A model generated the notes under the pieces. That model worked only from the letters and a program-made list of their open reading frames with translations, made no database searches and was not told the DNA's origin. Shown here in pieces: positions 55,716 to 64,000 of a stretch of DNA of 64,000 bases; positions within the stretch are counted from its first letter, which is position 1, and each line of letters begins with the position of its first letter. Both the position numbers and the translations under genes were made by a program. The stretch lies in the sequence record MN445183.1, one strand, 5' to 3'.

Positions 55716-55744
55716 ATAATAACGGAGACCTGCTCCGTTATTAT
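55716..55744 (-). terminator. Hairpin terminator
   Basis: 12-bp ATAATAACGGAG/CTCCGTTATTAT stem, with TTT downstream on the minus strand. Confidence 0.75.
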
Positions 55745-55752
55745 CCCAACCA

Positions 55753-55938
55753 TTATCTGTGATACTCTTGTTCAACGGCTTTCACCGCATTGTCCAGCAC
55801 GTTGCTCAAACGGTCATGTACCTGTTTAGCCATCTTCTTTTGTTTAATCAACTCAGAAGACAGCCCAGCTACCAGCAACAGCAGCAGTGCAATAAGAACA
55901 GCCGCGCCTGCGATTGTTTCAGAATAGTACTCTTGCAT
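55753..55938 (-). CDS. Small membrane protein
   Basis: 61 aa, GAGGT SD, one TM plus an amphipathic tail. Confidence 0.7.
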   Translation of the reverse strand: MQEYYSETIAGAAVLIALLLLLVAGLSSELIKQKKMAKQVHDRLSNVLDNAVKAVEQEYHR

Positions 55939-55949
55939 GAACACCTCTT

Positions 55950-56804
55950 TTATTGATCGGCAGTGAGCGTGTTAGGGAATGCACGACCATTACCCCAGAT
56001 GATACGAAGTCCTGCTTGACCACCCACAGCGTAGCCTGGTCTAACTGTACCGTGAGAAGCCGAACCAGCACCGTACGCACCAGCGGTGACCCCAGTATCG
56101 GATCGTCCACCAGAGCCTGGATACCCGGAACCGAAGTTACCGGTGTTAGAGCCACCGCCGGTGCCTCCCGCACCGTTCCCGCCTTGACCATTTAACCCAA
56201 CAGAACCCCCGGAACTCCCGTAATATTGGCCGTTGTATAAATAGCCTGCGCCCCCGCCACCTCCGCCTCCTGTACCTGCCAAGCCCTTCCCTGTGAAGTT
56301 GCTGGCATTACCGCCGTTACCACTGTATCCACCAGCACCGCCACCGCCACCGCCGTATTGACCTACTGCGTTATACCCCACCCCACCGTTCCCGCCACCG
56401 CAGTTGGGACTAGTAAGTGGAGTCTCATTGGCATCGGTGTATCCGCCGCCGCCCGCAAGAAGCAGAATCGTGCCTTGTCGTGATAACGATGCGGGTCGAC
56501 CGTACACCGCCCCACTTCCTCCGAAGTTACCAGGTCGTCCTACGGTTACAGATAGTGTCTCGCCCGGTGTTACAGGGATCTGATTACGCCAACGGAGATT
56601 ACCGCCATTGCCGCCCCGGGAAGCCCCACTAGATGAAGAGGTAGGCGACCCTCCTCCAGAACCCACGGCTACGACCGAAATGAAATACACTCCAGCCGGC
56701 ACCACCCAATCAGTTGACACATCGGCCCCGGTATTATTGGTGAATAACTTTTGTCCTACCGGGGACTTCACTGCCGGAGCGCCACCTAAAATGATCTCTA
56801 ACAT
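55950..56804 (-). CDS. Glycine-rich putative fibre or structural protein
   Basis: MLEIILGG start; WVVPAGVYFISVVAVGSGGG; C-terminal RIIWGNGRAFPNT. Confidence 0.75.
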   Translation of the reverse strand: MLEIILGGAPAVKSPVGQKLFTNNTGADVSTDWVVPAGVYFISVVAVGSGGGSPTSSSSGASRGGNGGNLRWRNQIPVTPGETLSVTVGRPGNFGGSGAVYGRPASLSRQGTILLLAGGGGYTDANETPLTSPNCGGGNGGVGYNAVGQYGGGGGGAGGYSGNGGNASNFTGKGLAGTGGGGGGGAGYLYNGQYYGSSGGSVGLNGQGGNGAGGTGGGSNTGNFGSGYPGSGGRSDTGVTAGAYGAGSASHGTVRPGYAVGGQAGLRIIWGNGRAFPNTLTADQ

Positions 56805-56815
56805 ACGCCTCCCGA

Positions 56816-58816
56816 TTAGCTACGTCCCGTGCCCTGCATAAACATCTTGATCGTTTCACCGGCTAAGGAGTTCGAGAACGATGCTGCCATCTGGGTTGGA
56901 GAAACCCATTGTTTCACATCTAGCTTGGTTTTCGCCAATACACGAGCCAACTTATCCGATGTATAGATCTGTTCGTTCACACCCATTGCGGCCAAGATGT
57001 TCAGATAATCAGAGTAGTTGTTATCGTCGGTCAGGATCTTGTTCATCGCTGCGGCAGGGTTGGTTAAATCCCCTGCGTTTAACCCAGGTTCAATTGGGAT
57101 ATGCATCAGCGGAGACAAGTCCACAATTGAGAATGTGACGTCAATGCCTAACGGTTGTTTGTCACGTGTCCAGCCTACGTTACCGACACCACGCTGAATG
57201 GACATGGAGTCCACCATCCCCAGTCGTGTTTGTGAACGCCCTTTAGAGAACGCTTCAATCAAGAACGGAGACGTGTAAGCCTGTGAGCCTGCTGAGTGGG
57301 GCAGCGCCATGTTCAACAAACATACTAACGGGATAATCAGGTTCTGAATACGGGCTACAGGATGGCCGTAGGGTGAACGAAGGTTGATGGTGTAGGTTTC
57401 GCGTGGCAGTGATACCGTTGACCCAGCCCAGTGCTGTGGGATATCCACAAAGCCTTGACCCAGGACAATGTTAGCAATACCACCAAGACCCGTACCGTTG
57501 ATTGCACCACGGATAACATCGGTTGCTCCTTGGATTAATTGGTCGACACCCGGCACACCGGTGACTCCACCGGCCATGGTAAAACGAGCGTCATTGGTTT
57601 GTGCAGAGAAGCCGTTTAAGAACCCAGCCAGGTCGTTGTCTTTAAACGATGACTGGAATGATTCCCCGATCGCGCCGTTGTGGTTCACCTTGAAGCCAAT
57701 GAAGGCGCCACCGTCACGCAGTTCAGACGCCAGGTGTTCTTCAATGGACTGCATGGTGGTCATCGGTTTCTCTTGGTCGGTTACCGAGACCGTTTGACCG
57801 TTTTGAGTCTTAGGCTGATTGGCCCCGGTATCGCCGTCTTTGTCAACCGTGTAGTTACCTGCGGACTCCACGCCTTTATCGTGGTCAGTATCCTGGCCAA
57901 GGCCCGAATCGAAATATGATTCCAAATAGGTCTTCAGGTTAGACTGCGGCGAATCACCAGCACGGTCCGTCCAGTTGTTCCCGTGTTCGTAGATCTTACG
58001 CACCGCTGACTCATGGTTATCGTTACCGTTCAGACGGGAGTCCAGGGCTTTCTGCCAGCGAATCTGTTTACGGGTTGCACGGTTAGCCAGATAGAATAAG
58101 TCCACGGTACCGTCTGCACGCCACAAACCCGGCAACAGGTTAGCCAGCTGCGAGCGTTCGTTCTTTGTATACATGGAGAAGTCAAAGCCAGAGACCTTAC
58201 CCACGTCAGCCAGGATACCGTGACGTGTGCGGAACACACGTGGTACAATACCCATGTTGATCAAGATCTGGTTCAGCATGTGGGTACACGCTTTCCAGTA
58301 TAAAGGCATAACCGGCTTTGAATAGTAGAAACGTGATTTAGGAATACCGGCTAACCAACGAACGGTGGTGTAGGTAACCGAGATAGCTTGAATCGGCCAA
58401 TGCACAATAGCAGAAGCCAACTCCGCCATTTTAAACAACCAACCCGGTGAACGACCGGTGCGGGCTAAGAAGGCGTTGTTAGAATCAAACATGTTGGTTA
58501 AGAACATGAACATGCCGTTGAATTCTGGCACCCCCATACGGAAGTACACCACGTCGGCGTTATCGTCGATCGACACTGAGTAATCAGACCCCATACCAGA
58601 GAACTGATCTTTCCAGAAACGCGAAGAACGAATATCGCACGTCGGCGACCATTGTGGCGGTGGGTTAATCCAGAAGTTCCCTCCGGGCGTCGTATCGGTA
58701 AACTTGTTACGTGCGGCCTGGAAGCGACGACGATCTTTGAGACCATCATCAATCGACGTACCCGATAGCATGAATGCCTGTTGGATATAGTCGTGATCTC
58801 GGATAGTGATTACCAT
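56816..58816 (-). CDS. Tail or baseplate-associated virion protein following the tape measure (phiKZ gp182-like position); start revised to ATG 58816
   Basis: 666 aa directly downstream of the giant lytic tail gene; GGAG SD; assignment by synteny and size. Confidence 0.65.
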   Translation of the reverse strand: MVITIRDHDYIQQAFMLSGTSIDDGLKDRRRFQAARNKFTDTTPGGNFWINPPPQWSPTCDIRSSRFWKDQFSGMGSDYSVSIDDNADVVYFRMGVPEFNGMFMFLTNMFDSNNAFLARTGRSPGWLFKMAELASAIVHWPIQAISVTYTTVRWLAGIPKSRFYYSKPVMPLYWKACTHMLNQILINMGIVPRVFRTRHGILADVGKVSGFDFSMYTKNERSQLANLLPGLWRADGTVDLFYLANRATRKQIRWQKALDSRLNGNDNHESAVRKIYEHGNNWTDRAGDSPQSNLKTYLESYFDSGLGQDTDHDKGVESAGNYTVDKDGDTGANQPKTQNGQTVSVTDQEKPMTTMQSIEEHLASELRDGGAFIGFKVNHNGAIGESFQSSFKDNDLAGFLNGFSAQTNDARFTMAGGVTGVPGVDQLIQGATDVIRGAINGTGLGGIANIVLGQGFVDIPQHWAGSTVSLPRETYTINLRSPYGHPVARIQNLIIPLVCLLNMALPHSAGSQAYTSPFLIEAFSKGRSQTRLGMVDSMSIQRGVGNVGWTRDKQPLGIDVTFSIVDLSPLMHIPIEPGLNAGDLTNPAAAMNKILTDDNNYSDYLNILAAMGVNEQIYTSDKLARVLAKTKLDVKQWVSPTQMAASFSNSLAGETIKMFMQGTGRS

Positions 58817-58833
58817 CGTAAACTCCAAAGATA

Positions 58834-58862
58834 GGGGTGGCTATCTTGCGACAGCCACCCCC
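58834..58862 (-). terminator. Intergenic hairpin between tape-measure and next tail gene
   Basis: GGGGTGGCT/AGCCACCCC stem. Confidence 0.6.
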
Positions 58863-58869
58863 AGTGGTT

Positions 58870-61800
58870 TTAGTAAGTGCGTTTTAACGAGACGCCTTGG
58901 TTAGTGGTTCCAACCGGTTGGGAACGGAAGTCCTTTGCCGTTTGTTGCGGGTTCGGTGGTTGAACCGGACTAACCGCTGGCGGTGCTTGTGTTTCCTTTT
59001 CGGCCATTTGCTTGTTGGTGCCAGCAATGGTGTTCAAGGCTTCAAGCATCTGATCCATCTTCTCAGCCATCGACGCCGTGTTTTCCGCAGTCGATTTCGA
59101 GTGGGTATCGTCCATCTCCATGGTAACCGGAACAGGTTTAACCTCTTCTGGTTTGGTCGGCGGTGTCTGCGGTTGCAGGTCGTTCTTATTGAACGGCGTA
59201 ACTTCAGCAGACGCAGTGGAATCCTTGGCGTTCGGTGTAACCGAGGTCGCGTTGGTTTCTGCTGCTGCACTTGGACCCGTGGTAGACTGCATGGACGGTG
59301 CGCCTGGAGGCGGAGCCGCGTTTGTTGTTGAACCTGGAGGCGCCGCTGAAGGTGCCGAAGCATCGCCAGTCGCAGCCCCTGCCGGCGGCGGAGAAGCATT
59401 GGTGGATGACCCCTCTGGAGCAGCGCCAGACTGCGCAGCCTGCTCCTGAGCAGATTTACCCATCATGTCTTCCATGGACTCACCGCCGTCCGACGTGGTA
59501 CCCGTTTCACCTTTATCCTTGCCGGAAATGATGTCGTCGTACTCGCCGCCGTTCAACATCTGAGCGTACTGTTGTGCGAGCTTCTGCGTGTCTTCAAGGC
59601 CGATGGTGCCGCCGTTGACGATCTTACGCACACCCGCTACGTTACCCGCTCGTGCTTGCTCACCGATACGTTTATTGGCTTTCCAGAAATACAAGGCTGA
59701 GGATGCTGCCATGGTCGGGTCTTCGGCGACCTGATCTGGATCAGACACCAAGTCCACGCCCAACGCTTTAGAAGCGCGCTGGTAGTTGTCTTTACCCGTT
59801 AACTGGATAAAGCCACGCCCACGGTATTTCCAACCGTCTCCTGGCTCGTCGTTCCCCATGCGGTTACCGTAGATGGTGTTTGCCACTACAACCGGACCAC
59901 CACCTGCGACAGCAGATGCTTTCTCCATGGTTGGGAACCGATGAGGCCACAGCTTCATTAACGTCTGAGGTTTGTAACGCAGGTTTTCCTCAACGTTCTT
60001 AAAGCCCCCGGTTTCATGGTGGGTGTTCGCCAACATGATCGCCAGTTCTTTCTTATCGGTAACACCGCTTTTCACAGCTTCGCGGATCATGGCCCGCGCA
60101 CCTTCCTCAGTGCCTGGACCCAACTTCAGCGGTTCAACTTTACCGGTGGTGTCTAACCCACCTGCGCCAGATGCTGCGGCACCCGCATTATCGGCACCGA
60201 AACCCCCACCCCCGTATGAGCCAGTGGTTTTCCCGGTCTTAGGATCGTAGACAGTTTCCTGACGTTGTGAACTCCGCACCAGCCCATCTGTGCCGCGTAC
60301 GGCATTGGTGGTTTGCTGGCCCGTGCTCTTATCAGGACGCCAATCTTTATCCGTCGTGCCGTCTGTCTGTTTCACCCCACCTTTAACGTCGTTGGTTTCA
60401 TACTGCGCCGTCTTCGCTAATGCTTTCAGGTTGTTGAGGTGTGCATCCAGAATACTGGCATCGGTGTTGGTGACAACCCAATCACTCCACGGGTTATCCG
60501 CCACGGTCCAGATACTCTTCTCGTCACGACCGTCATTGTACGTCGCACTGGTCATCGCATTGATGATAGCGAGTTTCGTTTCTGGCGGTAAGTTCTTCGA
60601 AGCAATCGTCGGTTGATCTTCACCAACCTGATTCTTCACAGCCGAGGCAAATGCCAAGTATGCTGGTAAGAAACGACGAGAGAACCATTTTGACCATGAC
60701 CCAAAGGCACCAATCGACAGCCACCCATGACCAAACGACGCGGCGATGATGTCAAAGACCTCTTTCGTTTTACCGCTAAAGGTGACACCCCGTCCGTTGA
60801 ATTGAATACGGTTCTGCATGACCAGTTCTAACTGGAGCAGTACCGAAACCCGACTCACATCAAGACTGCCTAACCCGTAGATCTTCATACGGGCTGCGGT
60901 CAGATCATCCAACGGTTCGCCTTTCTTCGGCAGAATGGAACCCAACACGTCTTGGGCAGTGACCACGGTCACTTCTTGCCCCCAGCCACCCGATACGGTA
61001 TGACCGTCGGTGTTTACGCCTTTCAGCGTTTTCCCGTCGGTGGGTTTAATCGCGTCCACCACACCTTTATCAATGGTTGCTGCGCGTGCGCGGTCTTCAT
61101 CACCCGTAGTCATGAGCGACGTCGTTTTCGTGGTTGTCTTCTGACGATCCTTCAACCCAGCCTTCAGTTTGTCGACAACCTCTTGAACGTACTGCGTGGT
61201 TTGGTCGTAATCTAACGCAGGTTGGGTGTTGAACAGGATGCCTGACCAACGGTAAGGATGGTCGATGGATTCGTCAAACTGCTGACAACGACGTGCCATC
61301 TCATACTTGGCTGCGCTGTCACTGGATCCATCAATGTCCTCAAACTTAGAGCTTGGGAACATTTGTTTAGCGACAGCGAAGTGGGTTAAGAACACCGGTT
61401 TGAAGCGGTGTACAAACCAGCCACCGAAGGACTCCACTTCATCACGATCGTTAGGGTCGTTGATAAATGGGCGGGCCAATTCTGCCAGGGGCAGTTTTGG
61501 ATCCAGCATGGCCTTACCGGAATCGGTCAGCTTAACGTATGGTTCACACCCTTTTTCCAACGCAAAGATCTTACCGGTATAGTCACCGTCAATGGAGTTT
61601 AAACCGTACTGATACAGACGCATCTGTTGTAACAGTCCAGGTGAACGCGCCCATTTGTACAGCGAGGACCCGATTGCTGATCCACCCATTGCACCAATAG
61701 CGCCACCAACCACCCCACCGATAAAGGTCCCGACAATTGGTACAACAGAACCAATTGCTGCCCCTGCGGCTGCACCGGCCAGGCCACCAGCCATCCCACC

Positions 61801-64000
61801 TGCGGAGTCCGCCATCCCTAACCCATCGTTATCTTGATAGGATTGGTACATCTCAAATGCACCGAGCCCCACTGCACCCACCATCGGGATACGACGTGCC
61901 AAGGTCTTCGCACCACCTTTGAGCAACCATGAAGCACGACCGGCCATACGACCCGGTTCGTTCTTAATGGCACGGGCAGTACCGCCAACCACTTTACGGG
62001 TCATGCGATTCAGGAAGCCGCGTTTCTTCGGCACACGCGTCCGACCTTTACCGCCCTTCTTCCCTTTCTTACCATCGCCTTCGACCATGTCACCGACATC
62101 AGCCGCATCCCCAACGATATCCCCTACCGTCTCTGCTGCTTTCTTACCGAGGATGAGTTTCCCCAAACCGCCGATGGCAGTACCGATTCCGCTGACCAGC
62201 GTACCGATCCAACCTAGCCCTAAGAAGTTAGCCAGTCCGCCGAGAATACCGAACTTCTTAATCCCGTCGAACATCCCCGTGACGCCACCCCAGATACCGG
62301 AGAGCAAGCCAAAGATCGAAGTAGGCTCTTTCCGCGGTTTATCATCCTTTGGTGCGGCTTCAGGTTTCTCTTCCTTCTTACGACGCAATCGTGCCATCCA
62401 AGAGTTTTCGCGTAGACCGTCGCCGTCAACGTCACCGCGTTCAGCTTCCTTCTTCTTACGGAAGTACGACCACAACCCTTTCGTGGCTTTCCACCCTAAA
62501 TAGGCCGGACCAATCGTCGCCCACTTGGTGACTGTGAAGACGCCGGAGCTGTACATCTTACCGAGGCCAACCATCTTCGCGACCTTAGATGCTTCGCGAG
62601 ACTTCATGCGATCGCCCAATGATTTCAAGAACCCTTTGCGTTCCTGAACCCCCTCACTGATCAAGTTAGGGTCACCGGTAATCTGGGCCATGGTGGCATC
62701 TTTGGTCGCTGTGATTTGGTCACGTGACGACGCAGAGATGGAGATCAACTCTTTTAACAGGTCGTTGGTCTCTTCCGCCAGCGTGACTTCTGGTGCTGGC
62801 TGCTGTGGTTGATTGGATACCGGCTCATCAATCTGGCTGATCCGTGCCACACCAGGTTCTGGCGTAACAATGTCGGCTAACGGTTTTGTTGAACCTGCTT
62901 CTTCAGCCGCTACCCCGCTGCGCAGCGTAGAGATATCCAGAGTGTCAATCTGTCGGTTCAATGAGCTGATTAATTGTTCACCCTGTTCCATGACTGCGTT
63001 GTAGGCAGCTTCGCCGAGTTCTTCGCGATTAGACCCCGCAAGCTGTTTACGAATATGACGAATGGTTTCGGCCGCCCGTTCTTTTACTTCCGCGATACCT
63101 ACACGAATATCCATGTCGTTGCCGCTGTGCGCTAAACGTTGCAGCTGAGACACCAGATCGTCGTACTTCTCAATCGCGTTATCGTAAAGGTCGTTAAGGG
63201 CATCTTTGGTCATCGAGGTGCGAAGACGTTCAGTCGCCCCCGCAGCCGCGTCCTTACCGCGTCCCAGGACGTCATTAACGCGATCCTTTGCATTGTTCGC
63301 AGCATCGGTAACGCCCAGGTCATCCAACCCACCTTTAAGCTTGGACTTCGCCTTCTCCTTCAGATCACTTACCGCACCTTTATCAACACGACGCAGGAGA
63401 TCGTTAGGATCTTCTTCCAGATCAGGACGGAAGTTCGGGTTTGAGATGAACTTCTGCATCATCTCCCAGTACATGTCGTGGTTAAAGACTTCTTGACCGT
63501 TGACACGTTGGATGATACCCATCTCTTTCAACAGAGCACGCTGACCACCGTTCGCCAGGGAGTTTACCGAATCCTGTACGTTAGGCATGTAGTTCATCTG
63601 CGATTGCATGTTCGTTGCCACACGCTTACGCAGTTCTGCTACTTCCTTCGTATCACCGATTTGATACTTACCGAAGATCTTCGCTTTCCCGGTAGCTTCT
63701 TTGGTTTCAAAGCGCGCATGCAGGAAGTCGTTGATTTCACGGATGGTATCTTTATCGGTATTGATCCAACCCGACTCACTCAGGTAATTATTGATGTTAA
63801 ACCCATCACCCGCATCCGCATCACGGGCAAAGCGCATGGCCAGCGCCACACGGGCGTTTGGCGACAGCTCTTCTTCTGGGTCAATCACTTCAACCATGCT
63901 GTTGAACGAACCGGCTGCCGACTGGAACTCGCTGCGGTTAAAGATACTGGAACGCACATCAGCTTTTACACGGGCCTTCGTGGTGAATGCACCCTGCTTA
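58870..64000 (-). CDS. Tape-measure-like lytic tail protein with GH19 (chitinase/lysozyme-class) domain; 5' end lies outside the window
   Basis: >1700 aa, frame open to the window edge (..KQGAFTTKARVKADVRS); HHETGGF..EENL..GWKYRGRGFIQLTGKDNY GH19 at ~59560-60090; glycine-zipper TM at ~61670-61810. Confidence 0.9.
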   Translation of the reverse strand, partial: KQGAFTTKARVKADVRSSIFNRSEFQSAAGSFNSMVEVIDPEEELSPNARVALAMRFARDADAGDGFNINNYLSESGWINTDKDTIREINDFLHARFETKEATGKAKIFGKYQIGDTKEVAELRKRVATNMQSQMNYMPNVQDSVNSLANGGQRALLKEMGIIQRVNGQEVFNHDMYWEMMQKFISNPNFRPDLEEDPNDLLRRVDKGAVSDLKEKAKSKLKGGLDDLGVTDAANNAKDRVNDVLGRGKDAAAGATERLRTSMTKDALNDLYDNAIEKYDDLVSQLQRLAHSGNDMDIRVGIAEVKERAAETIRHIRKQLAGSNREELGEAAYNAVMEQGEQLISSLNRQIDTLDISTLRSGVAAEEAGSTKPLADIVTPEPGVARISQIDEPVSNQPQQPAPEVTLAEETNDLLKELISISASSRDQITATKDATMAQITGDPNLISEGVQERKGFLKSLGDRMKSREASKVAKMVGLGKMYSSGVFTVTKWATIGPAYLGWKATKGLWSYFRKKKEAERGDVDGDGLRENSWMARLRRKKEEKPEAAPKDDKPRKEPTSIFGLLSGIWGGVTGMFDGIKKFGILGGLANFLGLGWIGTLVSGIGTAIGGLGKLILGKKAAETVGDIVGDAADVGDMVEGDGKKGKKGGKGRTRVPKKRGFLNRMTRKVVGGTARAIKNEPGRMAGRASWLLKGGAKTLARRIPMVGAVGLGAFEMYQSYQDNDGLGMADSAGGMAGGLAGAAAGAAIGSVVPIVGTFIGGVVGGAIGAMGGSAIGSSLYKWARSPGLLQQMRLYQYGLNSIDGDYTGKIFALEKGCEPYVKLTDSGKAMLDPKLPLAELARPFINDPNDRDEVESFGGWFVHRFKPVFLTHFAVAKQMFPSSKFEDIDGSSDSAAKYEMARRCQQFDESIDHPYRWSGILFNTQPALDYDQTTQYVQEVVDKLKAGLKDRQKTTTKTTSLMTTGDEDRARAATIDKGVVDAIKPTDGKTLKGVNTDGHTVSGGWGQEVTVVTAQDVLGSILPKKGEPLDDLTAARMKIYGLGSLDVSRVSVLLQLELVMQNRIQFNGRGVTFSGKTKEVFDIIAASFGHGWLSIGAFGSWSKWFSRRFLPAYLAFASAVKNQVGEDQPTIASKNLPPETKLAIINAMTSATYNDGRDEKSIWTVADNPWSDWVVTNTDASILDAHLNNLKALAKTAQYETNDVKGGVKQTDGTTDKDWRPDKSTGQQTTNAVRGTDGLVRSSQRQETVYDPKTGKTTGSYGGGGFGADNAGAAASGAGGLDTTGKVEPLKLGPGTEEGARAMIREAVKSGVTDKKELAIMLANTHHETGGFKNVEENLRYKPQTLMKLWPHRFPTMEKASAVAGGGPVVVANTIYGNRMGNDEPGDGWKYRGRGFIQLTGKDNYQRASKALGVDLVSDPDQVAEDPTMAASSALYFWKANKRIGEQARAGNVAGVRKIVNGGTIGLEDTQKLAQQYAQMLNGGEYDDIISGKDKGETGTTSDGGESMEDMMGKSAQEQAAQSGAAPEGSSTNASPPPAGAATGDASAPSAAPPGSTTNAAPPPGAPSMQSTTGPSAAAETNATSVTPNAKDSTASAEVTPFNKNDLQPQTPPTKPEEVKPVPVTMEMDDTHSKSTAENTASMAEKMDQMLEALNTIAGTNKQMAEKETQAPPAVSPVQPPNPQQTAKDFRSQPVGTTNQGVSLKRTY

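Noticed and set aside
59560-60090. GH19 domain as a free endolysin gene
   Set aside because: It is in frame within the >1700-aa tail protein with no separate SD or start
1-64000. Integrase, transposase, intron/intein, rRNA or tRNA genes
   Set aside because: No recognisable catalytic motifs, splice-junction signatures or RNA gene structures found by eye; a tRNAscan/Infernal run would be needed to exclude them fully

Overview
A 64-kb segment of a phiKZ-related (Chimalliviridae-type) jumbo myophage genome, gene-dense and mostly on the + strand. The host is probably enterobacterial, judged from a YgiB homolog with an Enterobacteriaceae-like N-terminus. The left ~41 kb is an accessory region. It holds many small hypothetical and membrane proteins, a MazG-like fusion, an AcrVA2/FinQ-like protein, a methyltransferase-like protein, thymidine kinase, a DHFR fusion, an SF2 helicase, and a block of paralogous virion or fibre-like genes (15.7-26.0 kb). 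The right part carries jumbo-phage core genes: RNase H, UvsX/RecA, the split virion RNA polymerase beta C-terminal subunit, and a tape-measure-like tail protein with a GH19 domain that is cut off by the window edge. Recurrent cis-elements are a CCTA(C/T)AT(T/C)AC-N4-GTG early-promoter-like motif, hairpins flanked by GCATAA/TTATGCCG, and an ACYYGT element fused to Shine-Dalgarno sites. The strongest candidates for new biology are: (i) a SLOG / Macro-NADAR-SLOG cluster, possibly an anti-DarTG or ADP-ribose eraser, which is interrupted by a 590-bp tandem duplication; (ii) the AcrVA2/FinQ-like gene; (iii) eight unrelated structural-type proteins sharing a short N-terminal MxExxxxG tag; (iv) a MazG plus pseudo-prohead-protease fusion; and (v) a stand-alone protein ending in an NrdA-type redox tail. 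All family assignments come from recalled motifs, not database searches. No tRNA, rRNA, CRISPR array, integrase or transposase was seen.
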